64,000 bases of DNA from Rhodospirillales bacterium (GTDB lineage Bacteria; Pseudomonadota; Gammaproteobacteria; Steroidobacterales; JAHEKG01), in NCBI GenBank assembly GCA_024638475.1, contig JAHEKG010000001.1, forward strand, positions 4,504 to 68,503. Direction: 5' to 3'. Of the stretch, positions 48,754 through 58,836 are shown piece by piece. Both the position numbers and the translations under genes were made by a program. The notes beneath the pieces were generated by a model. The model ran no database searches. It was not told where the DNA came from and saw only the letters and a list, made by a program, of their open reading frames with translations. Position 1 is the stretch's first letter. Each line of letters opens with the position of its first letter.

Positions 48754-50040
48754 ATGATGGGTTTTTTGCGCTTCGGCTACAGCATTGCGTCTTATTTGCT
48801 GATTCCCCTTGTCGTTGCCAATCTTGTTTGGCGCAGCTTCAAAGCGCCCGAGTATCGGCATCGGATAACGGAGCGCTTTGGCTTTGGGTCCGTGTTGGTT
48901 TCCCAGTACGAAACCATTTGGCTGCACGCCGTTTCGGTAGGCGAGGTGCAGGCCGCATTTCCCCTCGTCCAAGCGCTGCTGAATCACTTTCCCCACCATA
49001 CGCTCGTGATGACGACGGTGACGCCCACGGGCGCGGACCGCGTGGAGTTGCTGTTCGGTGACAAGGTCCACCATCGCTATGTGCCGTACGATACACCGGG
49101 TGCCGTGCAGCGGTTTTTCCGGCTCGTCAATCCCGGAGTGGCCATCGTTCTAGAGACCGAGTTGTGGCCCAATCTGTATCGAGAATGCGGCAGAAGCAAG
49201 GTTCCCTTGGTCTTGGCTAGCGCGCGGATTTCCCCGCGGTCCGTAAACCGTTATCGGTGGGCGAAAAAGCTAGTGGCCGATGCGCTTTCCCACGGTGTTG
49301 TGATTGCAGCCCAAAGCCAGGAGGACGCCGACCGCTTTCTATCGCTCGGTGCCGCCCCGGAGCGCACCTGGGTGACCGGCAACATCAAGTTCGACATAGA
49401 GCTTGATGAAACCCAGCAGACGCTGGGGAGGACTTTACGCGAGCAACAGCTATCGGGCCGTCCCGTTTGGATAGCCGCGAGTACCCACGAAGGCGAGGAA
49501 CAAATCGTGTTAGCGGCACACCGCCGTGTGCTTGCTAGCCATCCGCGCGCGATCCTCATCTTAGTGCCGCGGCATCCGGAGCGTTTTGACCGGGTCGCGC
49601 AACAGATTCGGGCTCAGAAACTGCGTTTCGCGCGGCGCAGTTTGTATGAGGAGCTAGGCGCCGATGATGGGATCTACCTAGCCGATACACTAGGAGAACT
49701 GATCGGGCTATATGCGGCGGCGGACGTTGCTTTTGTCGCCGGCAGCCTGGTCCCGATCGGTGGTCACAGTTTGTTGGAGCCGGCGGCAGTCGGTACCGCA
49801 ATGGTTGCCGGCCCGCACAACCACAATGCCCAATATATTGCCGATCAACTGGTCATTGCGGGCGGATTAGAAATAGTTAACGACGGCACAGACTTGGCGG
49901 AACGCGTGATCGAACTGTTAGGTGATTCTGAACGGCGATCCACGTTAGTCCGCAACGCCGCGCGGTGTCTCAACGAAAATCGCGGTGCCGTTAAGCGCCT
50001 GTTGACATTATTAGAGCCCTTAATCGAGCGCACGCTCTAG
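48754..50040 (+). CDS. waaA: 3-deoxy-D-manno-octulosonic acid (Kdo) transferase
   Basis: Carries 'IWLHAVSVGE', 'PLVLASARIS' and 'FVGGSLVPIGGHSLLEPAA'-type motifs, plus an N-terminal membrane anchor. Confidence 0.9.
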   Translation: MMGFLRFGYSIASYLLIPLVVANLVWRSFKAPEYRHRITERFGFGSVLVSQYETIWLHAVSVGEVQAAFPLVQALLNHFPHHTLVMTTVTPTGADRVELLFGDKVHHRYVPYDTPGAVQRFFRLVNPGVAIVLETELWPNLYRECGRSKVPLVLASARISPRSVNRYRWAKKLVADALSHGVVIAAQSQEDADRFLSLGAAPERTWVTGNIKFDIELDETQQTLGRTLREQQLSGRPVWIAASTHEGEEQIVLAAHRRVLASHPRAILILVPRHPERFDRVAQQIRAQKLRFARRSLYEELGADDGIYLADTLGELIGLYAAADVAFVAGSLVPIGGHSLLEPAAVGTAMVAGPHNHNAQYIADQLVIAGGLEIVNDGTDLAERVIELLGDSERRSTLVRNAARCLNENRGAVKRLLTLLEPLIERTL

Positions 50041-50041
50041 A

Positions 50042-51427
50042 TTAATTCAGCCAATCGTCAACTTCTTCTAGGTCTTCCACATTCAGAATACCTGCCGCTT
50101 GTTTCAAGCGCAGCACGTTGAGAATGTAATCGTAGCGGCTGCGTGCATAATTAGTTTGCGCTTGCAGCAGGGTGCGGCGAGCCCCCAGCACGTCCACCGT
50201 TGTGCGAGTGCCGACCTCAAAGCCAGCTTCCGTGGCCTTAAGGGCTGTCGCCGAAGACTCGAGCGCTTGGCGGAGCGCCTGCACGCGAGAGATTTCCGAT
50301 AACACACCGAGGTAAGCGTCACGGGTCTGGCGTTCGGTTTCCCGAGCCACGCGCTCGAGCGCCTCGCGCGCGGCGCGGTGTTGATAGACGGCCTGCCGCA
50401 CCCGCGAGGAGGTGAATCCGCCGGTAAAGATCGGCACACTAAATTGCAGACTGATCGTGTCATCAACGGAGTCCGAGTCGGCCGGCCCACCAACGCCGTT
50501 GTTGGTGCGAAAGGCGTCGGTGTCGCGGTCGCCACGGCTCGCCACTAGTTCGAGCGTCGGAAAAAACCCCGAGCGGCGGTTGCGAACGTCGTCGCTGGCG
50601 ATTTCCGCGCCGAGCCTGCTCGCGATCAAAGCCAGGTTTTGATCGTATGCCGTATCGACCCAGGCTTGCTCATCCGCAGGTTCGGGTTGTTTCAATGGCA
50701 ACTGCTCGGTCGGGAAGGCTAATTCCTCGATGTACTCGCCGGTGATTTCGCGCATCGCTTCCTTTGCAGAGGCCAATGCTCGTTTGGCTGCGATTTCTGC
50801 GGCAATGGATTGGTCGTAGGCCGCCTTGGCTTCTTGAACGTCGGTAATGGCGATGAGCCCGACTTCGAAGCGTTTCTCTGCCTGCTCGAGCTGACGGCCG
50901 ATAGCCTCTCGAGCCCCAACTTCGGAGCTGAGGGTATCCTCGGCCGCTAGGACATTGAAGTAGCTATCGCCCACGCGCAGCAGCAGCTGTTGCTTGGCTG
51001 CTTCGTAGTTGGCGCCCGCCTGGCTGACCCGCTTCTCCGCTTGGTGGAGCGCCACAAATTGGTCCCAACGAAACAGTGTCTGCCGCAGCTGTAGCTGCCA
51101 ATTAAGTGTCTCGGAGTCCGTTTCAGAACGTGTATTACGGTTGATGAACTGATTCGTAGTAGGGTCGAACTGGGGGAAAGTGCTGCTGCCGCTACTGTTG
51201 GTGTCCGAATAGCTACCGGTGAAATTAATCTGCGGCAGAATCGCGCTGCGGGCTTGGGGCTTCGCCTCGAGTGCGGCCAGAAAGTTCGCTTCGGCTTCGC
51301 GGATGACTGGATCGCTTTGCAGGGCGCGCTGGTAAACCTCGATCAGACTTTCGGCACCGCTCGCCGGTAGGGCGGCAATCATTACCGTGGCTACGAATAG
51401 TTTGCGGGCTGTAGGGCAACATGCCAT
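50042..51427 (-). CDS. tolC: TolC-family outer-membrane efflux channel
   Basis: Has a signal peptide, an internally duplicated coiled-coil/beta-barrel repeat pattern and 'SLIEVYQRALQSDP' typical of the TolC N-terminus. Confidence 0.85.
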   Translation of the reverse strand: MACCPTARKLFVATVMIAALPASGAESLIEVYQRALQSDPVIREAEANFLAALEAKPQARSAILPQINFTGSYSDTNSSGSSTFPQFDPTTNQFINRNTRSETDSETLNWQLQLRQTLFRWDQFVALHQAEKRVSQAGANYEAAKQQLLLRVGDSYFNVLAAEDTLSSEVGAREAIGRQLEQAEKRFEVGLIAITDVQEAKAAYDQSIAAEIAAKRALASAKEAMREITGEYIEELAFPTEQLPLKQPEPADEQAWVDTAYDQNLALIASRLGAEIASDDVRNRRSGFFPTLELVASRGDRDTDAFRTNNGVGGPADSDSVDDTISLQFSVPIFTGGFTSSRVRQAVYQHRAAREALERVARETERQTRDAYLGVLSEISRVQALRQALESSATALKATEAGFEVGTRTTVDVLGARRTLLQAQTNYARSRYDYILNVLRLKQAAGILNVEDLEEVDDWLN

Positions 51428-51484
51428 TAGCGGTCTACTCTTGCGTGTGTATTAGTCGAATATAACACCCCAACAGACATCCCG

Positions 51485-51826
51485 TTAGTAACGGGGCACC
51501 GCGGAGTCAACTTCCTGTGACCAGGCATCGATACCGCCGCTGAGGTTGTAGACGTCAGCGAATCCCTGGCCGGCCAGGTATTGTGCCACTTGTAGGCTCC
51601 GCATGCCGCCATGACACATCACAACGACTGCAGCATTTGGGTCCAGCTCCGCTAGGCGGCTTGGCACTTGTTCCATGGGCATATGAATGCTGCCCTCGAC
51701 GTGGGCGGTTGCCACCTCCCAGGGTTCGCGTACATCGAGCAGAGTAAGGCCCGTCGGCGGCGTCCCCCAACGTGATTCAAACTCTTTAGGCGTTATTTCC
51801 CGAACGGGAGAAGTCGTTGTTGCCAT
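51485..51826 (-). CDS. single-domain rhodanese-like sulfurtransferase
   Basis: The active-site loop is 'CHGGMRS' (CxxxxR). ATG 51826 follows an AAGGA ribosome-binding site, which avoids overlap with the upstream gene. Confidence 0.8.
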   Translation of the reverse strand: MATTTSPVREITPKEFESRWGTPPTGLTLLDVREPWEVATAHVEGSIHMPMEQVPSRLAELDPNAAVVVMCHGGMRSLQVAQYLAGQGFADVYNLSGGIDAWSQEVDSAVPRY

Positions 51827-51833
51827 GGTGTCC

Positions 51834-52484
51834 TTAAAACACAAAACTGTCAGGGGCCTCGATGCCGCGTAAGGGTGCAATGACTGTTTCGAATAGCGAT
51901 TCGACCGTCGATTGACCGTTGCCGTGAGCGGTCACCAAGCAAGCCTCCATGACGGGTTCCCGCCCGACAACCACGAACATACGCCCTCCGGGGCGCAGCA
52001 GCTTAGTGAACAAGCTAGTGTGGCTCGGGATGGACCCCGTCACAGCAATAGCATCGAATTGGCGGTTGTCGTCCAATGTGAATGCATCCACATTCTCGAG
52101 CGCGACGTTATCGATATTTGCAGCCGCTAGTTTCTGCTTGGCGTCGGCTAGAAAGTCCTCGAAAATGTCGATGGACACGACCTCGCCGGCGAGGCAGGCG
52201 AGGCAGGCGGTGAGATAACCGCTGCCAGTGCCGATTTCCAATACGCTGTCGGCCTTGCTTAGCATTAGGCTTTGAAGAATCTTGCCTTCGACACTCGGGG
52301 GCAGCATTTCCTGGTCATGTTGAAGCGGGATCGCGCAGTCGGCAAAAGCCAGGTTGCGGTAGTTAGCGGGTACAAATTCTTCTCGCCGCACTCGCGCGAA
52401 GACATCCAAAACCGCATCATCAAGGACTTCCCAAGCCCTGATTTGTTGCCCCAGCATCTGCTGGCGTGCTTGCTCGAGATCCAT
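51834..52484 (-). CDS. protein-L-isoaspartate O-methyltransferase-family protein
   Basis: Has the SAM motif 'VLEIGTGSGYLTA', is about 216 aa, and occupies the conserved position next to rhodanese and tolC. Confidence 0.7.
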   Translation of the reverse strand: MDLEQARQQMLGQQIRAWEVLDDAVLDVFARVRREEFVPANYRNLAFADCAIPLQHDQEMLPPSVEGKILQSLMLSKADSVLEIGTGSGYLTACLACLAGEVVSIDIFEDFLADAKQKLAAANIDNVALENVDAFTLDDNRQFDAIAVTGSIPSHTSLFTKLLRPGGRMFVVVGREPVMEACLVTAHGNGQSTVESLFETVIAPLRGIEAPDSFVF

Positions 52485-52796
52485 CACTTATTTGCGGGTT
52501 CCACGGCTTGTGGCGAGGCGCGGCCACGGAGCGCCAAGGTTACGGAGTTTGCCTAGGGGGCACAAGCCATCACAGCTGCGGATTATGGTGAATCCTGGCA
52601 CCGCGGCGGGCCCGCGTAGGGTATCTTAGAGGGCGGCAATTCAAGTAGTTGCGGCTGGCCGCGGACCGGGGCCTAGAAGCCAAGTTCCGCGGTACGGACA
52701 AGAACAAAACCGCCCGGTTGGAAGGCGGCCATAGACTAGTGGCTTCAATATCAGGGACGAACTGAATGATTCGATCATTGCGACTTTCGATGCTTC

Positions 52797-55148
52797 GTGG
52801 CAATACCGGTCTTTACCGGTTATCTCGGTGGGTGCATTAGTTTGACGGCGCTGTTGTCTCCGCCGTGGCTGTATGTCGTGCCTGCCGTCGGCACGTTGCT
52901 TATCCTGTTAGGTATCGTCCTCGTAACCCAGCGCCGCCGCCGTGCCGAGGTACAACGCCTCAAAGACGATATTCACGCGTTGGTTAACAGTCAACTGGAT
53001 AGCGAACGCCTGGTACCCAACGGGCGGCCTTCCGATCTGCTCGATATTGCGGCAAGCGTGAATCGCTTGCTGGATCGAAACTCGGACGAGCTGTCCGCTT
53101 CGGGTGAACGCGAAGATATGTTCGAAATGTTGGCCGAGACCTTGCCCGACGTTGCGTTGGTTCATACCGATCATATTCTCTATGCAAACAGTGCGGCTGC
53201 TGACTTGTTTGGTGTCGAACGCAACACGTTGCTCGCGAAACCGGTTACGGACTTGTTCCGACCAGCCTACCGAGCGTTAGTTCGCAAGACGATTGAGGCC
53301 CACCTGAAAGGTGGCGACGCACCCGAGTCCATCGAAGTGGAACTAATCAATGGCCATGAGCATGGCCAGTGGGCCGAATTATTCAGCAGGACCATTACCT
53401 TTGCTGGCGAAAAAGCGATGCTCACCGTAGGCCGGGACGTTACTCACCGAAAGGGTATGGAAGCATCTTTGGGGCGCGGTAAGCTGCAGGCGCGTATAAC
53501 CCTCGAGTCAATCGGAGAGGGCGTGATTACGACCGATACTCAAGGCTCGATCGACTACATGAATGAGACGGCGGAGATTCTGACGGGGTTTAACCGTTCC
53601 AACGGTATTGGCAAACGGCTTGAGGATCTCATGGTGTTGATTGACGAGGTCGATCGCAAGTCTCTCGGGGATCCAGTTCGAAAATGCCTTACTGAGCGGC
53701 GTCGGGTCAGCCTCGGTCGTCGAGCGCTAATGCTGACACGCCATGATGATAGCGAATGTTCAGTGGAGCTTACTGCATCGCCCATTCGCGGACCCGACGG
53801 TGTCCTTGCCGGCTGCGTTGTTATTTTCCACGATGTCAGTGAAATCCGGGGATTGGCGCGGCAGATGACCTATCAGGCCAGTCATGATGCGTTGACGGGG
53901 CTTATCAACCGCGGCGAATTTGAGCGGCGCCTAGAAGCGGCTCTGAAGTCGGTGCAGGGTGAGGATGTCGGCCATGTCTTGTGCTACCTGGACTTAGATC
54001 GGTTCAAGGCGGTGAACGATACCTGCGGCCACTTAGCCGGCGATAACATGTTGCGGGAAATCGCGAGCGTCCTCCGCGAAAAGGTTCGCGACTCCGATAC
54101 TGTCGCCCGGCTGGGCGGCGATGAGTTCGGGATGCTATTGGTGGGTTGCCCGCTGGATAAGGCACGCCAAATTGCCGACGATTGTTGTGCGGCCGTGGCC
54201 GACTATCGGTTCGTTTGGCAGGACCGCATCTTCGATATTGGGGTCAGCATCGGTCTGGTGGAAATGGGCCAGGAAAGCGGCTCCGCAGAAAGCGTTTTGA
54301 GTGCCGCCGATTCGGCCTGCTATGTTGCGAAGCAGCGCGGCCGCGGGCGCGTGCATGTCTACTCCGCTCGCGATGAAGCCGTCGCGCGACAACGCGGAGA
54401 GATTCAGTGGTTACAAAAACTCCAAATCGCCTTGAAAGAAAACACCTTCGAGCTATATACCCAGCCCATCATTTCCCTTGCAGGGCGGGTCGCTCAGGGT
54501 CCCGCGCTCGAGGTCCTGCTGCGCATGCCCACCGAGTCGGGCCATGTTTCTCCAAAGCAGTTTCTCGCTGCCGCAGAGCGTTATCAATTGATGTCTCATA
54601 TCGACCGTTGGGTGGTGCAGACTACGCTTGCGGCACTTGCGAGCGGCGCGATCCGCGTACCGGATCAGCGTAGCTGCAGCATAAATTTGTCAGGGCAAAC
54701 ACTCGGCGACGATGATTTTCTCGAATTCGTTGTCGACGCGTTGGACCATACGGGTGTTTCTCCTTCGCAAGTGTGTTTCGAGGTGCAGGAATCTTCGGTT
54801 GTCAGCAACCTGGACCATGCGCAACGTTTTATTAATGTGTTGCATGGCATGGGCTGTCGCTTTGCATTAGACGATTTTGGCAGCGGCCTCGGTTCTTTTG
54901 CGAATCTCAAACATCTTTCCTTGGACTACCTGAAGATTGACGGCATGTTCATTCGCGATATCGAGTCTGACAGTGTCAATCAGGCGATGGTGGCCGCGAT
55001 GATCAAGTTGGCGCGTACCCTGGATTTCCAAATTGTTGCCGAACAAGTCGAAGATCAGGACTCGTTCGAAGCAGTACGCAAAATGGGTGTCGACTTTGTG
55101 CAAGGCTACGCTATCGAACGCCCGCAGCCGCTCCACGCCATGAATTAA
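52797..55148 (+). CDS. membrane-anchored PAS-PAS-GGDEF-EAL signalling protein (c-di-GMP turnover)
   Basis: Has N-terminal TM segments and two PAS-like regions. The GGDEF motif is intact with the I-site RxxD five residues upstream ('RDSDTVARLGGDEF'). The EAL domain carries 'EVLLR', 'DDFGSG' and 'LKIDG'. Confidence 0.9.
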   Translation: MAIPVFTGYLGGCISLTALLSPPWLYVVPAVGTLLILLGIVLVTQRRRRAEVQRLKDDIHALVNSQLDSERLVPNGRPSDLLDIAASVNRLLDRNSDELSASGEREDMFEMLAETLPDVALVHTDHILYANSAAADLFGVERNTLLAKPVTDLFRPAYRALVRKTIEAHLKGGDAPESIEVELINGHEHGQWAELFSRTITFAGEKAMLTVGRDVTHRKGMEASLGRGKLQARITLESIGEGVITTDTQGSIDYMNETAEILTGFNRSNGIGKRLEDLMVLIDEVDRKSLGDPVRKCLTERRRVSLGRRALMLTRHDDSECSVELTASPIRGPDGVLAGCVVIFHDVSEIRGLARQMTYQASHDALTGLINRGEFERRLEAALKSVQGEDVGHVLCYLDLDRFKAVNDTCGHLAGDNMLREIASVLREKVRDSDTVARLGGDEFGMLLVGCPLDKARQIADDCCAAVADYRFVWQDRIFDIGVSIGLVEMGQESGSAESVLSAADSACYVAKQRGRGRVHVYSARDEAVARQRGEIQWLQKLQIALKENTFELYTQPIISLAGRVAQGPALEVLLRMPTESGHVSPKQFLAAAERYQLMSHIDRWVVQTTLAALASGAIRVPDQRSCSINLSGQTLGDDDFLEFVVDALDHTGVSPSQVCFEVQESSVVSNLDHAQRFINVLHGMGCRFALDDFGSGLGSFANLKHLSLDYLKIDGMFIRDIESDSVNQAMVAAMIKLARTLDFQIVAEQVEDQDSFEAVRKMGVDFVQGYAIERPQPLHAMN

Positions 55149-55201
55149 GCGGTCGACCGGCGCGGACCTTCTGCGCGTCGTGCGGAGACTTCCTGCATGT
55201 T

Positions 55202-55230
55202 AAAAAAAGGCCGGCGCGAGGCCGGCCTTT
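55202..55230. terminator. bidirectional rho-independent terminator between convergent GGDEF/EAL and hppA genes
   Basis: AAAAAAA-GGCCGG-CGCGAGG-CCGGCC-TTT. The 6 bp GC stem (AGGCCGG/CCGGCCT including the innermost A-T pair) is flanked by an A-run and a T-run, so it works on either strand. Confidence 0.75.
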
Positions 55231-55249
55231 GAACTTGCCCAACTAGGCG

Positions 55250-57271
55250 TCACATGATCGGTACGATCAACAGCGCCACGATATTGATAATCTTGATCAA
55301 GGGGTTGATAGCCGGTCCCGCGGTATCCTTATACGGATCGCCCACGGTATCCCCCGTGACGGCGGCCTTGTGTGCGTCAGAACCTTTGCCACCGAAATTG
55401 CCATCTTCGATATACTTCTTGGCGTTATCCCAGGCGCCGCCGCCGGTGGTCATCGACACCGCTAGGAAGATACCGGTAACAATGGTGCCTAGCAGCAGTC
55501 CGCCGAGGGCCTGGGGCCCCAACAGCAACCCCACGATGACGGGCACCAGCACCGGTAACAAAGACGGGAGGACCATTTCCTTAATCGCCGCCTTCGTCAG
55601 GAGATCCACCGCGCGAGAGTAATCAGGCTTGCTTGTGCCCTCCATAATGCCTTTGATTTCCCGAAATTGCCGCCGGACTTCGTCCACCACGGAACTAGCG
55701 GCGCGGCCGACGGCCTCCATGGCCATGGCGGCAAACAGATACGGCACCATGCCGCCGATGAATAGACCGATGATGACTTTCGGGTCTGAGAGATCGAAGC
55801 GCATGTTCGCGAACTCCAAACCCTTCTGGGCCAAGCTGTTGGTGTAATCCGCGAATAGCACCAAGGCGGCTAGACCCGCCGAACCAATGGCGTAACCCTT
55901 GGTGACGGCCTTCGTGGTGTTGCCGACGGCGTCCAGCGCGTCCGTAACGTTGCGAGTTTCCGCGGGTAGGTCAGACATTTCCGCGATACCACCGGCGTTA
56001 TCGGTAATTGGCCCGAAAGCATCGAGAGCCACGATCATTCCGGTCATCGATAGCATGCTGGTGGCGGCGATGGCGATACCATATAGCCCCGCAAGCTCGT
56101 AAGACCCCCAAATGGACGCGCACACCGCGATCACCGGGAGTGCTGTGGACTTCATAGACACCCCGAGGCCAGCAATGATATTGGTGGCGTCGCCGAATTT
56201 CGACGCCTCGGCCACCTTTTTCACCGGTGCGAAATCTGTGCCCGTGTAGTACTCGGTAATGACCACCATCGCCGCAGTTAACGCTAAACCGATCAATGCC
56301 GCCCAGTACAAGCCCATCGCTTCGTCACCCATCATCGCGTTGGTGACCGGGTAGAATGCAATCGCTGCGATGACGCCGGATACGATGACGCCCTTGTACA
56401 GCGCACCCATAATGCGCCCGCCGCTGCCGATACTGACAAAAAACGTGCCGATGATGGAGGCAACGATGGAAATGCCGCCCAATACCATCGGGTAGATGAC
56501 GGCGTTCTCGCCTAGCGTGCCCATAGTCAGGCCGCCCAATAACATCGTGGCGATAACGGTCACGGCGTAGGTCTCAAACAGATCCGCGGCCATCCCGGCG
56601 CAGTCACCGACGTTGTCACCGACGTTATCGGCGATAACGCCCGGATTGCGGGGATCATCCTCCGGAATACCGGCTTCAACCTTGCCGACCAGATCCGCGC
56701 CGACGTCGGCGCCCTTAGTGAATATTCCGCCCCCCAGCCGCGCGAAAATCGAAATCAAGGACCCGCCGAACGCTAGGCCCACGAGTGCGTGGATAGCATC
56801 GTCCGCGCTCATGCCCATGTTCTTCAAGACGGCGTAATAGCCTGCAACGCCAAGTAGGCCGAGGCCTACGACCAGCAAGCCGGTAATGGCGCCACCGCGG
56901 AAGGCCACGGTCAAGGCTTTATTGACGCCCTCCGTTGCCGCTTGAGCGGTGCGCACATTAGCGCGCACGGAGACGAACATACCGATGTAGCCCGCGAGCG
57001 CCGAGAAGATGGCGCCGATGGCGAATCCGACCGCCGTTCCCCAATCCAGGACCAAGCCGAGCGCGACAAAAAGTACGATGCCGACGATACCGATGGTCGA
57101 ATATTGCCGATTCATATAGGCGCTGGCGCCTTCTTGAATGGCAGCCGCCACTTCTTGCATTTTCGAATTGCCGGGAGATTGTTTTAACACCCAACTCACC
57201 GAGTACATGCCGTAAAGAACCGCCAGGAGAGCCGCCCCAAGGGACAGCCAGAGTGCGAGCTCTGGATTCAT
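55250..57271 (-). CDS. hppA: membrane-integral proton-translocating pyrophosphatase, K+-independent type
   Basis: A 673 aa polytopic protein. It carries the 'DNVGDNVGD' and 'GGAWDNAKK' signatures. '[10 protein letters not shown]' has Lys rather than Ala, which in published work marks K+-independent enzymes. Confidence 0.95.
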   Translation of the reverse strand: MNPELALWLSLGAALLAVLYGMYSVSWVLKQSPGNSKMQEVAAAIQEGASAYMNRQYSTIGIVGIVLFVALGLVLDWGTAVGFAIGAIFSALAGYIGMFVSVRANVRTAQAATEGVNKALTVAFRGGAITGLLVVGLGLLGVAGYYAVLKNMGMSADDAIHALVGLAFGGSLISIFARLGGGIFTKGADVGADLVGKVEAGIPEDDPRNPGVIADNVGDNVGDCAGMAADLFETYAVTVIATMLLGGLTMGTLGENAVIYPMVLGGISIVASIIGTFFVSIGSGGRIMGALYKGVIVSGVIAAIAFYPVTNAMMGDEAMGLYWAALIGLALTAAMVVITEYYTGTDFAPVKKVAEASKFGDATNIIAGLGVSMKSTALPVIAVCASIWGSYELAGLYGIAIAATSMLSMTGMIVALDAFGPITDNAGGIAEMSDLPAETRNVTDALDAVGNTTKAVTKGYAIGSAGLAALVLFADYTNSLAQKGLEFANMRFDLSDPKVIIGLFIGGMVPYLFAAMAMEAVGRAASSVVDEVRRQFREIKGIMEGTSKPDYSRAVDLLTKAAIKEMVLPSLLPVLVPVIVGLLLGPQALGGLLLGTIVTGIFLAVSMTTGGGAWDNAKKYIEDGNFGGKGSDAHKAAVTGDTVGDPYKDTAGPAINPLIKIINIVALLIVPIM

Positions 57272-57436
57272 ATGTAGTTACCTCCGCCAATCAAAAGCGC
57301 TAATAGTTTTGCAAATAAAAAAATCGAAATTTGGTAGCGGCTCTGGTCCCCACCAGAGCCCAAGCCGGCGAGCGGCGTTGTTCTAGTTAGTTGCTCCCGG
57401 CCCGCCCCACCCTGCCGGGGCGTCGTCAAAGGGCGG

Positions 57437-58699
57437 CTACTTTAGCACAAAAGGCCGATTCAGCCGACGTTCCACCGGTACCCGTTTCAAGGCGACATAA
57501 CGGGGTAGCCCCGCTCGGTAGGGGGGGTAGTCTTCCCCGCGAATCAAGGGTTCCAAGTAGCGGCGGCAAGCGGCGGTGATTCCGAAGCCGTCCTTGGTAA
57601 TGTAGCTGCGGGGCAGCATTTTCTCGCGGTTGGCCACGCGGGACAGCGGCGTGGTGCCCACACTCCACCGGTAGGGGCGGTCGGCGTTGCGAACGATGAT
57701 CGGCATGACCGAGTTATGCCCGGCGAGGGCGAGCTCGACGGCGGCCTTACCGACGGCGTAGGCCTGTTCGACGTCCACCTTGGAGGCGAGATGCCGGGCC
57801 GAGCGTTGGAGATAGTCTGCAATGGCGTAGTGGTACTTCAGGTCCAACTCCGTCTTTACCATCTGGGCAATGACCTGGGCGACGCCGCCGAGCTGAGCGT
57901 GCCCGAACGCATCTTTGCTGCCCGCTTCAGCCAGGAAGCGGCCGTCCGCATAGCGTGCGCCCTCCGAGACCACGACGACGCAGTAGCCGTATTTCTTCAC
58001 TGCGCTGTCCACGCGAGCAAGGAAACGCTGCTGATCAAAGCTGATTTCGGGAAACAAAATCGCATGGGGTGGCTCTGCGCCGCCTTGGCCGGCAAGCCCC
58101 CCCGCCGCCGCGATCCAGCCGGCATGGCGGCCCATGACCTCCAATACGAACACCTTGGTGGATGTCTTGGCCATGGACAGAACGTCCAGCGCGGCCTCTA
58201 GGGTGGATACGGCCACGTATTTGGCAACCGAACCGAATCCGGGGCAGGTATCCGTGACCGGTAGATCGTTGTCCACCGTCTTGGGAATGCCAATACAGGT
58301 CACCGGGTAACCCAAGCGTTCACCGATTTGGGAGACTTTGTGCGCGGTATCCATTGAATCGCCGCCGCCGTTATAGAAGAAATAGCCAATGTTATGGGCT
58401 TCGAATACCTCGATGAGCCGCTCATACTCGACTCGGTTCTCTTCTAGGCTCTTTAGCTTGAAGCGTGCCGAGCCGAACGCCCCGCCCGGCGTGTGGCGCA
58501 AACCGGCGATGGTGGCGGGTGTCTCCTTGCTGGTGTCCAGGAGATCTTCGGTCAGGGCCCCGATGATGCCGTTGTTGCCCGCATAGACTTTGCCGATCTT
58601 ATCGCGGTGACGACGTGCTGTTTCTATCACGCCACAGGCGCTTGCGTTGATCACGGCGGTGACGCCACCGGACTGAGCGTAGAGAGCATTCTTCTTCAA
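57437..58699 (-). CDS. pfp: 6-phosphofructokinase, probably pyrophosphate-dependent (Pfp)
   Basis: The PFK fold is clear from 'YAQSGGVTAVINAS', 'NGGGDSMDT', 'GIPKTVDND' and 'MGRHAG'. The N-terminus closely resembles the PPi-PFK of Methylococcus capsulatus as I remember it. The gene lies directly upstream of hppA. Confidence 0.8.
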   Translation of the reverse strand: MKKNALYAQSGGVTAVINASACGVIETARRHRDKIGKVYAGNNGIIGALTEDLLDTSKETPATIAGLRHTPGGAFGSARFKLKSLEENRVEYERLIEVFEAHNIGYFFYNGGGDSMDTAHKVSQIGERLGYPVTCIGIPKTVDNDLPVTDTCPGFGSVAKYVAVSTLEAALDVLSMAKTSTKVFVLEVMGRHAGWIAAAGGLAGQGGAEPPHAILFPEISFDQQRFLARVDSAVKKYGYCVVVVSEGARYADGRFLAEAGSKDAFGHAQLGGVAQVIAQMVKTELDLKYHYAIADYLQRSARHLASKVDVEQAYAVGKAAVELALAGHNSVMPIIVRNADRPYRWSVGTTPLSRVANREKMLPRSYITKDGFGITAACRRYLEPLIRGEDYPPYRAGLPRYVALKRVPVERRLNRPFVLK

Positions 58700-58836
58700 T
58701 TATTCATCCTCGTAGACGAGCAGGCGGATAGCGACAAAGCATAGCAGAGCCGGATTGAGGTTTGACGTTCACCGACGTGGTCCGCTACTTTAGCCGCCTG
58801 GATCGGGATGTGATTCCTAGGGAGAAATACTCGGAC

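Noticed and set aside
52570-52803. A 77 aa minus-strand ORF in the long intergenic region upstream of the GGDEF/EAL gene. I also considered a c-di-GMP riboswitch here.
   Set aside because: The ORF is Arg/Pro/Ser-rich and has no ribosome-binding site. I could not recognise GEMM-type conserved motifs, so no riboswitch call is justified.
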